A DNA stretch of 63,906 nt, filler included, from Rhabdomonas costata (GCA_019059605.1; 47 parts of 47 records of this genome joined end to end with filler, not necessarily neighbours in it), one strand, 5' to 3'; positions 36,995 through 50,597 are shown, numbered from the whole stretch's first letter. Program-made: numbers and translations. Notes: generated from the sequence alone by a model not told the origin.

Positions 36995-38160
36995 ATTCTT
37001 TCCTCCTAAGGTCTGGCTCCTGGGGTTTCCCCTGCCCGCCTTATGGTCTTTGTGAGTTGGGCCGTACTGACTGAGCCTTGCTTATTTAGTTTAGTTTAGT
37101 TTAGGTTTCGTTGCATTCCATGGGGCGGTTTTATGTTTTCGTTGTGTTTCCCGCCAGTGCGTGTGGGATTTGCGTTCTCCTGAGACCCCCGAGATCGAAG
37201 CCGAGCGTCTGACCTTCCGCCGTGACGGACGGCGCAGCTTTATTTTCACACACTGAGCTAACAGCTCGGTGTGAGACAACCAGCTTTGCCCTGTTTGCTT
37301 TGTTTACGTTGCTTTGTGTTGTTTGGTGCAACCCTGAAGCTGAAAACGCATCTCTCTGTTCGGTGCTTCTGCGTCCTTGTTGGAGCTCTGCCTGGGGGAA
37401 AGGCTTCCGCAGTCCTGACTTGTTTTTGTTAGGGTAGCAACGAAAATTGGTCGTTTTCCAGGTGAAGGAAGAAGTTGAAAAGCGGTGGTATACAAGTGTA
37501 GTGTGGACTGGGGGCTTGAGGATAGCTTCTGTATGGATCCGTGCGGCACCTGTCTTGGGTGGCCGGGGTCGGACTAACAAGAAACCATCCGTGAACATCC
37601 GTAAGGGGGCAATGGCCCCCAAAAAAACCATAGGTCAGTTTATAGAGTGGGGAGGGCGAAGGAATAAAACAGGCCGCGCAGCTATGCCAGGGCAGAAGCC
37701 GCTCAAACGCAGCAAGCTCCGCCACTAACGGAGCAAACTCGACACTTCCGGCGGCGCAGCCACAAAAAGCGGATTTTTTGGCTGTGGGCAAGACTTTGGG
37801 ACGTTACGTTTGTTTTCCTTAGCCCCCCTTGTTGCCGACCGTCCCCGTCCACCTAAAAGATTATGAATCTATTACGGAAGAGCGGCGGTAGAGCAAGAGG
37901 TTTCAAAATCAAACGACACCATGTGCCTATTCGCAAGATCAAATCCACCGGGCCGAATCGGAGAAACGGGAAATTCCTCTCTTCTTATAAGAGACGTTAC
38001 CCCTTTACTTGATTCCGCCAAAGCTCAAAGTGAGAGTGGCCAAACCNNNNNNNNNNNNNNNNNNNNNNNNNNNNNNNNNNNNNNNNNNNNTTAATTAATT
38101 AANNNNNNNNNNNNNNNNNNNNNNNNNNNNNNNNNNNNNNNNNNNNTGTGTTAGGTGTGT

Positions 38161-38963
38161 TTAGGTTTTGGGGGCATACTGCTGAAGGCAGTCGTTCATT
38201 AGCTTGGCGTGAATGCTTGCCCTGCTGAGGCTAACCAAAGCCCGGTACATGTCAGCTGAGCTGAGCTGAAGGGCGTCCAGGATGGCCTGGCCTTCTGGCC
38301 GCACCTGCTCCAGAAGCTTCGGAGCGGCAACCTCAATCTGCAAAACGAGCCCCGGCCATCCCGACAACTCCCTACGCACGTCTCGCACGCACGTTATTGT
38401 CTCTGCGCATACGGTTGGGAATATATATTGGAGTCAAGCATTCTTTGTCACAGCAATCCGGAAGCAGTGCAGAAGTCATAGTACGTGCAGATAAAGGTAC
38501 CCAAAACAAGCAGCGGAGAAAAATGGGTGTAAGAAGCAGGAGTTTGTGTTGGGCATGAGTCAAGCATTTTTCGATGATGAAAAAACATAGGCACCAACCG
38601 GTGCGCATATTTGCAGAAAATGAAGGAGACGCACCCGAACAAGCTCGTCGGCCCACTTTTTGCGATCCTCTGCAAACGCCTGCAGCTTGGGCAGCGACTG
38701 TCGCAGAGCTGAGAAGAGAGATGAGAGATGCACACGTACAAGTAACACAGAGCATTGGTAAAACCCCCTGCACTCTTTCACAGCTATCACCGATGAGATA
38801 CGCGGAAACAAGGCGACAAATTAATCTGAAACTACCTTCCCGGAATCTCAAACTACAGAAAGACCCAAGTAAAGGAGGAAGACACACCGACTCGGTCCTT
38901 TTCATATTGCTCCAGGACTCGCTCACGCTTTGCGATTTCCGACTGCTGCTCCCGCACCATGGC
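38161..38963 (-). CDS. Coiled-coil protein, 3 exons
   Basis: Exons 38963-38888, 38708-38635 and 38337-~38161 join in phase: AMVREQQSEIAKRERVLEQYEKDRVALRQSLPKLQAFAEDRKKWADELVRIEVAAPKLLEQ... The 3' end abuts primer-derived sequence. Confidence 0.65.
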
Positions 38964-39677
38964 CTGCAACCTCTCCCCAGGGGAGAGAGCAACCTCGCCG
39001 GACATCGAAACCGCTCCGGAAAGGACTCAACTTGGTTTGGGGACACGAGAAAACAATAGCCTGGTATTCCAGAAGCAGTAATCATGACTTCAGCCAGTCA
39101 GCGACACAGAAGAAGCACAGGAAGCACATTGTGTTAGCCTGCAAATAAAGGGTTGAAGCCTGAACCGGCCGTTGGAAAGGGGAGGTGGGCGGTTGGAAGG
39201 AATTACAACATTGTGTAAGCCCCCCCTCCCCCTGCCCTTCACCGAATCTCATGGAACGACAGTGCCACCAGTATATTCTCTTGCCATTGCAGGCTCTACT
39301 AGGAAGCGGCAAGACAAAGTAACGGACATTCCGAAGGCAAGTGCAGACACATACACACACATACAAACGAACACTCACTGTGCCAACGCACGCCCAAAAC
39401 ACCAAACANNNNNNNNNNNNNNNNNNNNNNNNNNNNNNNNNNNNNNNNNNNNTTAATTAATTAANNNNNNNNNNNNNNNNNNNNNNNNNNNNNNNNNNNN
39501 NNNNNNNNGGGGGGGGGGGTCATCCCAAACTCAAGTTGTTTACCCGGCCTTCTCAACTGAGAAGCAGAGCATACTGAAAGACGAGTGAGGCTATTTTTGT
39601 TTGATCTGTTTGAGTTCGCAACACTCGGGGCAACATATCGCCCATTCGCACCGATGCAAACAAACATGTACACACAC

Positions 39678-40590
39678 CTGAATTATCTCCCGTTCGCAGC
39701 TGAACGCCCGCAGCACCTTGATGTTCTGCGGCAAATCACCAGCACGGAACGAATAAAGAGCAGAAGCCAACGACAGCCGAATAGCACAGAACCAAAAGGA
39801 CAAACCGAACAGCGAGAATATGACGCTCCCAGGCGCATCCACAAGGGTCCGAGATACCTCAGGGAATATATGGGATGGATGGGTGGGGTGACGGGTAGAG
39901 CAATGCCAGTTCCAGGCATTCCCACCTGCATCACGGTGTAAAGGTCCATCTTCAGGGGGATGATCGGACTCGCGGGCTGCGCGGACTCCATGGGCTCCTC
40001 TTCCTCCCTTTGCAAAGCAAAGGCGGCAGGCAATTACCTACAGCAGCACCGGGGCCGCCAACGCACCTACGGCCGGGTTCGAGACCACCTTCACCGCACC
40101 CTTATCCAATCCATTCAACCGCCCTAACCACCGCCTCTGCGGGGGGACTCTCTAATACGATTGTGTGCGAGAGGGGGAGGTCAGTTCCCCCCCAAAAAAA
40201 AGGAGGGGGGGGGGGGACGCCCTATCTGTCTATCTTGATCTCCTGATGCAGATTTGTTGAACATCCAATCCTACACAAGCTTCAGATATGGATCCGAAAA
40301 TCTCGAGGGGCTCTTCGGGTTTACAAGACCTTAGCCTTTTTCCTAGAGTTACAATCGGGTTTACAAACGCATGGGTTCCCCGCTCACCCGCTAAGTTGGG
40401 TGGAGCGCTCCACGAGGAAGTTCACCCCGGAGTACAGCGCACACAGCCCGGAGAGAGCCGCGGTGAGTCTGGGGCTGAGCCGCAGAAGGGCAATCAGCTT
40501 GCTGCCCCCTCGGGTCAGGTGCTTGACATTGTTGTGCATCTTTCCCTCGGCCTCCATCAGCTCATTGGTAAGGTCCGCAATCTGGTTGAC
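39678..40590 (-). CDS. Hypothetical multi-exon protein
   Basis: GC3-rich exon from 40590 (VNQIADLTNELMEAEGKMHNNVKHLTRGGSKLIALLR...), plus exons ending PLKMDLYTVMQ|GTGGGA and at 39678 (CAG|GTGTGT). Joins not fully resolved. Confidence 0.4.
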
Positions 40591-42332
40591 CTGACGGGGA
40601 GAAGAAGGACAGGCCACAATGGCATTGCTAGCAAAGGCATCTCCAAAGGCACAAACTGGGTGCCGACAGTACCTTCTACGGTCGGCAAGTAAAAGCAGGC
40701 CCCTCGTAATGACGATTGTATCAGAAGGAACCCATGTCCTAGGAGACACAACGGTAGCCCAAANNNNNNNNNNNNNNNNNNNNNNNNNNNNNNNNNNNNN
40801 NNNNNNNTTAATTAATTAANNNNNNNNNNNNNNNNNNNNNNNNNNNNNNNNNNNNNNNNNNNNTGTGGGTTGGATAGAAGCATGCGCGGTGTGCGTTCAC
40901 AGGTATGCTGCCAGTCAGGCAGCCTACTGCTTTTGTGGCACTGGGAATGGCCTGTAGAGTGTATTTGTTGTGGCAGCCTCGGTGTGGGGTTGTCCTCTTC
41001 ATGTTATATGTCCAGTTGCCAATGAAAACCTATCTTCTGAAACTGTTTACGTTAGGTTTTAAGGAAACGCCCTCGATCTCTACAGGACTTTCGGCGAAGA
41101 GAGCTCCACAGGAAGGACGATTAGCCGTGTGGAAAGCAAGTGGATCGTACCAGCTTCGTTTTCTCATGATCTCACGTTTCTGACTTTCTCAATCTTCAGT
41201 TGAGTCTTTTTGTGCCGCAGTACACTCTGTGTTTCTGTGGTCGTTACGGTCTTCTCTCACCCAATTATTACTTCCCTTTATATATCTTCTTTTCTTCTTT
41301 GCCTCGCGTTCGTGCGACCCCCGCTGAGTTTGGGGCTTCTTTCTGCCCAGTGCATAGGAGTGCGACAGGCTCTACTGCTGCTGCTGCTGCTGCAGAAGCT
41401 GCGGGAACTTCCGGGAAGTTGCTGAAAGGTGTTCCAGCGTAACGCTGGCGGGCAGCGGAGCCACACCGGCCGCGCTCAGCCTGGACGTGGTGGCTGAGAT
41501 GGGGGGGAGCCGGTTGCACTGGGTGGCTCACGCGGTGTGTGTGTTCCTGCTAGTGGCGCTTCTGGCCGAGCGTCACCACAGGGGCCTGAGGTGGGGCCCT
41601 GCCGAGGAGAGGGCTATGACCCCTGTGGTCTCGCGACCACTGCCTTCCAAAGGCGTGTAATTAGGGAGAGGGGCATTCTGTGCACTGCGGCTCCCTACTG
41701 CCACCTCAGCCTTCTTTACATGTCTCTCTGTTTTTTTGTTGGCGCCGGTTCGCTTATCCCACACAACCGGGTTGGTGCAAGAGGGGTTTTTTCAGGAGGT
41801 TAGGTCGCCAAGCGCGTGCTGGGGCGCTCTCAGCGAATTCCACTGAATTTGGGAGCCTAGGAAATACCTTCTTTTTGCAGCCACGTTTTTTCTTTTTGAG
41901 GACTTCTGTGTATTAAGGACGCTTGTTTTTTGTTTATAGTGATTAACTTACTTTGTCAGGTGTGCACCTACGTGAATTTATGTCTTTTCTTACCTGGAAG
42001 GGCTGCCCTCTGCACTTGGGACAGGTTTTCCTCGAAAGCTCCCCACGGTAGCCACCCTCGGCAACCGTGCTTTAAACTGAAATGTAGCGCAGTTCACCCA
42101 ATGGGCCTCTGCCCCCAAAACCNNNNNNNNNNNNNNNNNNNNNNNNNNNNNNNNNNNNNNNNNNNNTTAATTAATTAANNNNNNNNNNNNNNNNNNNNNN
42201 NNNNNNNNNNNNNNNNNNNNNNTTGTGGGTTTCCCTTCATTCCTTCTTCCTTCTCATTCACTGTAAGTTTGTTCTCTCTGTGTGGACCCACTGCCGCCGG
42301 TCGTTTCACTCCTGGCCGCTCTGATTTTCTGA

Positions 42333-43485
42333 TTTTTTTTTTTTCAAATTTTGTCTCGACAGTGGGGTCCACACAGAGAGAACAAACTTACAGTGAATGA
42401 GAAGGAAGAAGGAATGAAGGGAAGCCCGCAAGCTGGGGGACTCGAAACCCTCTGACGCAGAGAGTGCAGAAGGAAATAACAAAGGGAATGGGCTGTTGCG
42501 AGGCGGCAGCATGAATAACAACCAGGAGGGGAAGCTCTACGAACCTACCCACGTACGGGCTTCAGCGCAAGGCTGCTGGTGTTCAGCGTTCTGCCCAGGA
42601 CCCGTCCCAATACCGCCCAGTAGCGACCGGGCCACCCCCTGAGCCATTGCACTGGAGAGGCGCCTCCACAGCCGCTTAGAGGAGACCACCAGCTCCTCCC
42701 CGAGCCCCACGCACTGTCTTCTGGCCAGTTCCCGGATGGCCTTCCTGGCCTCGAGGCCCTACGCACCTGTGGTATCCGCACCGATGGGGACGAACCTCAT
42801 ACGAAGCCTGGCGCACTCCCGCGCCGCGTCGGACCTTTTCCGTCTCGCGTTCTGCTACCTGGGGAAGAGGTGTGGTGCAGCGTGTGCACCACTGACACGT
42901 CGACATGCCGGGGAGCGGTTTCGCCGGGTTCCAACACAAGGACGTCGGAACGAGAGCCATCGGGTAGGGGTGGCTCGAGGCTGGTCGGAATACCCGCGCG
43001 GTTGTACTCAGCGGCCAAGGCGTCGCGGAACAAGTTATGGCGAGCATACGTGCACACAAGGCGCAACTAAGGGCGTGGTCCCCCAAGGTGTCCTGCCGAG
43101 CACCGCAAAGGGAAGGCCCAGACGGAAGTGGCACAATGCTTGCCACTCGTCAGCAGTGAACACGGTGCCACCGTTGTGTTCCGTCGGGAGACTGGTTATC
43201 CAAGCGCCACTGTAGGTTCCGGAACCAAGAAGTCGGAGACGTTCCATCCTATCAGAGGCTTCCCGATCAAACCGTTTCGCCAGAGTTTCGTGCACTGCCG
43301 AGGACCACAGCTTCTGCTCCATCCAAGACGAAATCTCGGGGTCCTCCATGACAGCTTGCAGGTTTCCCGCCAACCATGGGAAACGTCATTGGGGCGAACT
43401 CTACGCGAGGAGAGCTGGACACTCGCTTCCCTTCCTGTGTGCCTCGGCGGCATTGGAGCATCCGACCCGGTGAACACCCACACCC
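42333..43485 (-). mobile_element. 3' end of a CRE-type non-LTR retrotransposon: Zn-knuckle remnant, RLE domain, 3' UTR and poly(A); terminal ~110 nt inverted
   Basis: DREASDRMERLRLLGSGTYSGAWITSLP...EWQALCHFRLGLP...DTLGDHALSC...YARHNLFRDAL...SLEPPLPDGSRSDVLV...VDVSVVH. A12 tail on the minus strand at 42333-42344. 43378-43485 reads on + (WTLASLPVCLGGIGASDP). Confidence 0.9.
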
Positions 43486-44126
43486 NNNNNNNNNNNNNNN
43501 NNNNNNNNNNNNNNNNNNNNNNNNNNNNNTTAATTAATTAANNNNNNNNNNNNNNNNNNNNNNNNNNNNNNNNNNNNNNNNNNNNGGGGGGGGTGGTCCG
43601 GGAAAGTCGGATTGTTAATTAAAGCACACAAATAAGGAAAGGATCCATGATGATTTCATTATGGATCATTTCCTTATTTATGCGCTTTTCTTAATTTTTA
43701 TTTGATGTGATTTTTCGCTTATTCTTGTTCACCGTTATGACAATTTTCGCATTTTGCTAAATTGGACTTAAGAGGATTCTAAACCGAGGTGGCTGCTGGT
43801 GTTGCACCATGGCGGCATTCATGTCTTTTTCTTCAACAACCTCGCAGCGTCCAAAAAATCCGCAACTTACCGTACAGGCCTCCCGAAACGCTTGTATTCT
43901 CTCAAAAAAAAAAAGGGACAAACGACCGAGAAAGAGAACAAACCGTACCAATCCACCGAATGTCCAGCTTTGGCAGGTAGCTATTAGAAATGCAAGCAAC
44001 GACGTATTCTGAATAGGTTTTCGCCTCAGTGGGCCCTTTCGAGAATCGCACCAAAAAACTGTGAAAAAGAGCACACAAGACCAGATTTGCCGAAAGAAAA
44101 AACACTGACAATGAGCATAAATATAC

Positions 44127-44671
44127 CTGTTCAGCTTTGGAACCAAAAAGTTGTCCAAGTAAGACTTCACGTCACCCTTCAACACCGTCGAGTGAGATAT
44201 TGCCTGCTGAAACAGAGTTTCCGCAAAGTCTAGCCCCGTTTCGTGCTTCTCGAAGAAAGTGTCATGAACCACTCTGCTTCGCACTGAACTCTCTGAAGAA
44301 ATTCACGTCAACGCTCCATGAAGATTCGGCGTTACAAAAACCAGAGTGCGGTAAAGCCAACGCAAATACTCTTGCAGTAAAGCCAACACAATGCACAAAA
44401 AATTTGCTCAGGAAATTTTCTTGAATTCGCAAACGTACCGATTTCATGTCGCAACGAGAATCTTTTCCAAAACGGTCGACTGTACCTTTCCAGCGAAAAA
44501 AGGTTAAGAAAGAAATCAGAAAAAAGCTTCATTCAAGCTGCAATTCGTGCGCCCATCTCTGACATACCGAGAGTTAACCGCGACGATCAGATTTTCATAG
44601 CAGCAGCTATCGCCATTTACGGTGAGCTGCACCTCCTCCGGCAGCAGTGTCCCTTTCCCATCCACGGAAGA
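44127..44671 (-). CDS. Hypothetical protein, 2 exons
   Basis: 44671-44568 and 44273-44127 join in phase 2 over a GTATGT...CAG intron (SSVDGKGTLLPEEVQLTVNG...VNSRVVHDTFFEKHETGLDFAETLF...KLN). Confidence 0.6.
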
Positions 44672-47600
44672 CTTGCGCAACGCGTGCAAAAAAAAGCCCA
44701 ACGGAAAACGGAAATGAACGGCTACAATTCCTCCAACCATTATTATACAAAAATACCATTCAGAGGAGGCGGACTGCTTCAGCGCGTTTCGAACATGGAA
44801 CCGAAAAAAAAAACAGGAAAATCTGCCCATTGTGCAAAAAAAAACACNNNNNNNNNNNNNNNNNNNNNNNNNNNNNNNNNNNNNNNNNNNNTTAATTAAT
44901 TAANNNNNNNNNNNNNNNNNNNNNNNNNNNNNNNNNNNNNNNNNNNNGGGGGGGTGGGCTGTTGCCGTCGACAGCTCAGCAGCAGGGAAGTGGGCGCCCC
45001 TTTCCAGTGCAAAACCGGAGTAGCCAACAGCCCAGACCCCAAATTCCACTGCAATCCGTTGGAATAAAGCACTGGACCCCTAATCCCATAGGCGCATGGG
45101 TGGTCGATGGCAGCGCGAAACACCGAAACACCTCCCTATGCGGAGTGTGGCGAAAATGCACAGTCGATGCGGGGGTGCGATTCAGACAAGCTGTGGACAA
45201 AGCCAATGGGTGAAGCTGTAACCCACGCAGTCTCCAGGAAGTCGAGGATGGCTCCAGCTTCATATAGTGCGCACAAACACAGGGAGAGCACAGCACACAG
45301 TCCAGAAGCATCGAAACGGGTGTACGATGTACGGCCCTAACTGTACAGCAGCGACACCGCCAGGAGGCCATCTGGTGAGCCTGGCGGCCTCGCAGCAGTG
45401 CAAGGCCCCGGGGGAGATACCGCCCGAGAAAATGAAAACAGTCTGAATGTGCGGTGCTTTTATTTTTTCAGGACTTGCGAACATGCTCCACAAATTCATC
45501 GAACAGGACAGGCCAGGCCCCTGAGCGGAACATAAAGCAGCAGATATTAAGCAGAGGAAGCAATGGTTGGTGTTCGAAAAGGAAACTGCAAAGCGTCCTT
45601 TTGGCCGTAGGATATGTTCGCAGGAATGGCGGGGAAACGGCATGGCACTGAACTTCAGTGAGAAACCCGATTAACGACCGCTTAACTGGGATACCAGTAG
45701 CAGAAATGGTGGGGTGCGAAAAAAGTGCAAGCAATCGTCAGAAGAATAGTCAAAACTAGTCAAAGCAAAATGTAAGAAACCGATATTATCCAATGGGAAT
45801 GGCTGAGGGGTGTTTCTTTTCGTGAAGGGCACCGGAGAGAAAGGAACCCGAATTTCCGGGCTCGTTGCTTCTTCTTTCAGGAGCCACAATCATACAGAGA
45901 CCCGAAAAAGTGTCCAGTACCACTGTGACAGCGAGCTCGAGGGGTGAGCACTCTGGGGGCTGTCAACAAGCGTATGCGTGACACCAGCCAGTCGACTTCG
46001 CGCAGCAGAGTCTGCGGCAGTGACGGAGCTGCGCTGATGCAGCACGGCTTCAGTCGCACCACAAGACACTGGCATTCTGCAAGATCTAATTAATCTCACT
46101 ATCTAACGACAGCACAAAGATGAAACCCCGTGAACAAATGTGATCTCGAAGCCCCAAAAGAAAAATGCAAGCTTTGATTTCCTTGTATTTAAATGTCTCC
46201 AAAACACAANNNNNNNNNNNNNNNNNNNNNNNNNNNNNNNNNNNNNNNNNNNNTTAATTAATTAANNNNNNNNNNNNNNNNNNNNNNNNNNNNNNNNNNN
46301 NNNNNNNNNGGGTTGGTGTGCTCTTTGGCTTTCGCTCTTTCTACTTTTTTCTTTCTTACTTCGGATTGCGCTTTGGCGCGCTGCGCAGCAGAGGGCACAA
46401 CAAGCAAAAAGGCTCTGGGGACGGCGAAAGTAGGGAGCAGAGGAAGAAGACTGGAGGGCAGCAAATATGTATGACGGTAGTGATGGTGGTGAAGGCCGAC
46501 ATAAGAGTGTGACTGCAGTCAAAGGCGTTAAAGATTCAGGCTCATTCCAGCATTTAGTCGAAACAATAACAGGTCAAAAATTAGTTAATATTGCCCGCAG
46601 TTCGTCAGTGCAATCACAACAAACGCGAAGTTGGTGGATGTGGAGGTCACCATCCAGCAGAAGACAAGTGAGTTCGTGCCTTGAAATATTCCCAGTTCGG
46701 TCGGTCGGCGCGGTCATCGTCGGAACACACAGGAGCCCTCCCGCTGTTAAGAGGATGCACGCACGCCTGTGCAGAAAACCACAACTCCCAACTTGAACAA
46801 GTGACACAAGAGCTCCCAAGAGTCGGTGGGCTTGCTTGAACATTTACTCCACCAACACGGTCAACATGAAACCGCAGTACTGGGGTAACTTTAGACGAGG
46901 GAGTGAAAGCGCCCCAGCATTTCCAAAATCCCCCGTTCAAAGATTCCGAACATCTTCCAGAAAATCATCAATCACCATTTGTTGTCCGCATGCAACGAAA
47001 ATCACCCAAAACTTGAAAGTGAGGTTTCAAAAGCGAATTCTACCGTCATTCCGGTGGGCATCTGCTTCTATTTTCGGTATTGCTGCGAAAAACTGCCAGT
47101 GCCCTGACGAAGGCCTCCTCCTTGCTGCCTTAAGGAGGATGTCGAAGGTCCCGAAAAGGGATGTCTCTCTTTTCTCCCGGCAGTAAGCGATTGGTTGGTT
47201 GGCACAAAGGGACTCGCTACTCCGAGGGGTGTGCAAGTAGAGGATCCCCTATTGGAAGGCTTTCCGGCGACAGGGACAGTGTTGCCACATAGTCTCGCAG
47301 CCAAGCCTGGAGGCCGCCTTGGCCCGCGGAATATTCCTGTGAACAACAAAGCAAGCAGAAGAGGAGGTCAAAGTCGTGTTAGGGAGGTGCAGGACGGAAC
47401 GAGGTCATTTCGCGGACACTTTTAACTGGCAAAGTTGTAAAGCTCCCAATTGTTGTGTGCAACAGAGGTTTTTCGGGGGGGTAAAAATCTACACTGCTGC
47501 AAAATGGAGGTGACATCTCTTTGTTCTGAAAAATGCGTCCACCAACCGAGCTCGCTGGTATCCCAACCCCCNNNNNNNNNNNNNNNNNNNNNNNNNNNNN

Positions 47601-47910
47601 NNNNNNNNNNNNNNNTTAATTAATTAANNNNNNNNNNNNNNNNNNNNNNNNNNNNNNNNNNNNNNNNNNNNGGTTTTTTTGCACAGGGATGATCACAAAC
47701 GACATTGACACTTTCCTGAACTGTGGCACAAAATGGGACTACGGTATTCACACCCTTGGCTCTGCGCACGCGTTCCCTTTTGGCATTATCGCTGTGTTTT
47801 CCTGTTGGACCTGGGGGACAATTCAACAAGTCAAGTGGGGAAAGTTCTTCAGTGTGAACTGTGCGTAACGTTTAGTTTGTATTATTACTATTATTATGTA
47901 CTGATGTCAG

Positions 47911-48430
47911 ACGAGCTCATGTACCGAAAGACGGTCGGGTCGGATTGTCTTTATCAGTGCTTTGATGCACAAATGTTCTTTCTCTTGGTGGCCTCAAGGC
48001 GTAGATATGCAGCTTATTTTACTGGGGGACCCTAGTCTCTTGGTAATGTAGAACCACTTCCCGATTTTCTATTGGATATGATGTGAATACTGATTGTCCT
48101 TGATTGTCCAAACGTGATTTGAGACTTGTCGCTGGCATTTTCTGTACCTGCTCATTTTCTTTGCAGGGACTAATTGTCAAGAGAGTTGGAACGCTGAAGA
48201 TTTACACCCGAGAAATCTTCCGCCGCACTGTCTGGCAGCAGTGGTTTCCCTTGGACATCCCGCAGCAGCAGGGCTCACAAACTCCCGCCGCCATTTTGTT
48301 GTCCCTCACGGTCTGTTCTGTAAGATAGAGAAAGGAAAATCTCACCTCCTGCTGATAGTTTTTACTGTGACTTTCATTCCACTTCCTCTTGCAGTATCTT
48401 TCGGCGGACGCGGACGCTGGACTCACAGAG
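47911..48430 (+). CDS. C2-domain-containing protein, end of C2 domain
   Basis: Main exon 48167-48310 GLIVKRVGTLKIYTREIFRRTVWQQWFPLDIPQQQGSQTPAAILLSLT joins YL... (48395-48430). Fits the C2 pattern IG...I....I......WFPL........I.L.L.Y. The micro-exon 47911-47933 is tentative. Confidence 0.6.
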
Positions 48431-50597
48431 GTCCCCTTTGCCGTCTTTCCACAACGGTCAGGCTGCAAGATGACCCTTTTTCAGGCTTGGCATTGTCGTG
48501 TTTCATTCCTTTCTTCCTGGTGCTAGCTACCGTGCTCACAGTTACGTGACATTAAAGCTCATGAAATTCGTGTGACTGTTTTCCATTTTTTGTTTTTTTT
48601 GCAAATTTCCAACTGAAGCACCTAATTTTATTGGGGAATGGAAAGAGAACGAGAGAACAACACCTTTTGTTTGTTGCCTCTCCCAAACACCACTGTGTGC
48701 CAAGTTGACAAAGTTGACTCCGGCCGGGGGCGGCTCTTTTTAATACCCAGGTTTGTTGGATTGCTCTTAGGTGTGATGCCCCAAAATCTTGATGCACAAA
48801 CTCTACTCGTTTCCTGCGGCGGGACGACAGCAACTGCTGCGGAGTTAAAAAAAACTTTGGTCTCGGCAGCGTTCCCTCGGTTGCATTTGTCCAGAGTTTT
48901 GATTTCACCGGACATCATGAATTCCCACCAACCNNNNNNNNNNNNNNNNNNNNNNNNNNNNNNNNNNNNNNNNNNNNTTAATTAATTAANNNNNNNNNNN
49001 NNNNNNNNNNNNNNNNNNNNNNNNNNNNNNNNNGGGTGTTGGTTTTGGTTGCACGGCTGTTTGCTTCTTTGCTTTTGTTGCTCCATGCTTTCGACTTCGA
49101 TGATGTCAGTGTGGGGAAAGGGGAAAAGGAGAGAAGTAGATTGCCTTCTCGCTTTGGCGGAGCTCCCTTCACCAAAAGCTAATCTCTCTTACTTTAGCTG
49201 GGGGATGGGGCAGTCCAAGTCGTGCTGTTTCGGTTCAAACTAGTCGAGCTAGAAAACGGTTTGTCTTGGTTAAATTGTTGAAACGCGGATTTGTTGTTTT
49301 GTGAAGCGGTTGTAGCAATCCGTGTGTGGAGAGGGGGGAGGTATTGTTCGGAGAACCCAAGGTTTTCGGGTGGCTGGGAGGCAAGCGCCTGTAAAACGTA
49401 TGCGTGTAAGATAATGATGCGTGGTGTGGGGTAACATGGGCGTTGGGAAACAAGGTTGCTGTATGGGATATGGCGTGCTGCGATGGGGCTGGGTGGGGGG
49501 AGTGAACTGACGGACCCAGAGGAGCTATAGGACATCCTCCTCCTTTTTCTCAGTCTAACGATCTTCTGTATTTGCCTATGTCCTATTGCGCTTCGGTCAT
49601 TACCCGTGTGGAGCAGAGAGCCAGCATTCAAAAAGGGTTTATGTTCAGTGGAGGGCCAATATTTCTTCCATTCGTTCCATACGTCTTAACATATGTATTG
49701 TGCAAGCGTGGCTCTTCCTGGTTCAATTCACTTGTTATCGAGACACAGGCAGGGCTGTCGCTTGGCGCATGGAGCATGATTGGGACCCTCCACCTTCTTT
49801 TACTTCAAACTGTGGACCGTACTCACTGGCCTTGGAGTGCCTGCGGGATTTTTTAGACCCGGAGACCGGATCATTCTTCTCTTTTCGGTTCAGTGCCCTC
49901 CCTCCCCCAAATTTTCTTTTCTTTACTTGCCCCCTTCTCTCTCTTCGTTTTGCCTTTCTTTCGAATTGATTCCACCACGTGCGCCAAGAGAAGATGTCCT
50001 CCCCCTCACTGATAGCGCAGGCCTTGGGGCGCGAGCTTAGCTCCGAGGAGAGGGAGTTCTTCGCCATGCTCTCACCTCAAGGCGTGGCGAAGATCAACCG
50101 GGACATTGCGAGGGGTTGGCGCCTTTGCTTGATTTTTTTCTCGCCCAGCACCGCCATTCGTGGTTGCCGTTATTTTCGTTCTCTCTCTTTCCATCTCCCG
50201 GCATAGAGGTATCGAAAGTCTTCTCAGATGGAAACGTAGTTCTCTGAGGCAGAGCAGGGAGGGGGGAACAACCCACCGGCCCCGACCCAAACCCNNNNNN
50301 NNNNNNNNNNNNNNNNNNNNNNNNNNNNNNNNNNNNNNTTAATTAATTAANNNNNNNNNNNNNNNNNNNNNNNNNNNNNNNNNNNNNNNNNNNNTGTGTT
50401 TTGGAAGTGTCTTGCTTTATGTTGCCGATGCCGTTTTTTAATTTCGTCTCTCAACGAGTGAAAACTCTTTTGTGTCCTTCTGGCCTTGCGTGGGCAACAT
50501 GTCAAGGAAGCGGAAATCACGGGACGGTTTATGTTTACGTTTTTGGGATCCTTTTTTAATTGGATGCTTGTGGTCACACCATATGCATCCTTCCCAG

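Noticed and set aside
42430-42455. GGGTTTCGAGTCCCC, similar to a tRNA T-arm
   Set aside because: No D-arm, anticodon arm or acceptor stem; lies in the retrotransposon 3' UTR.
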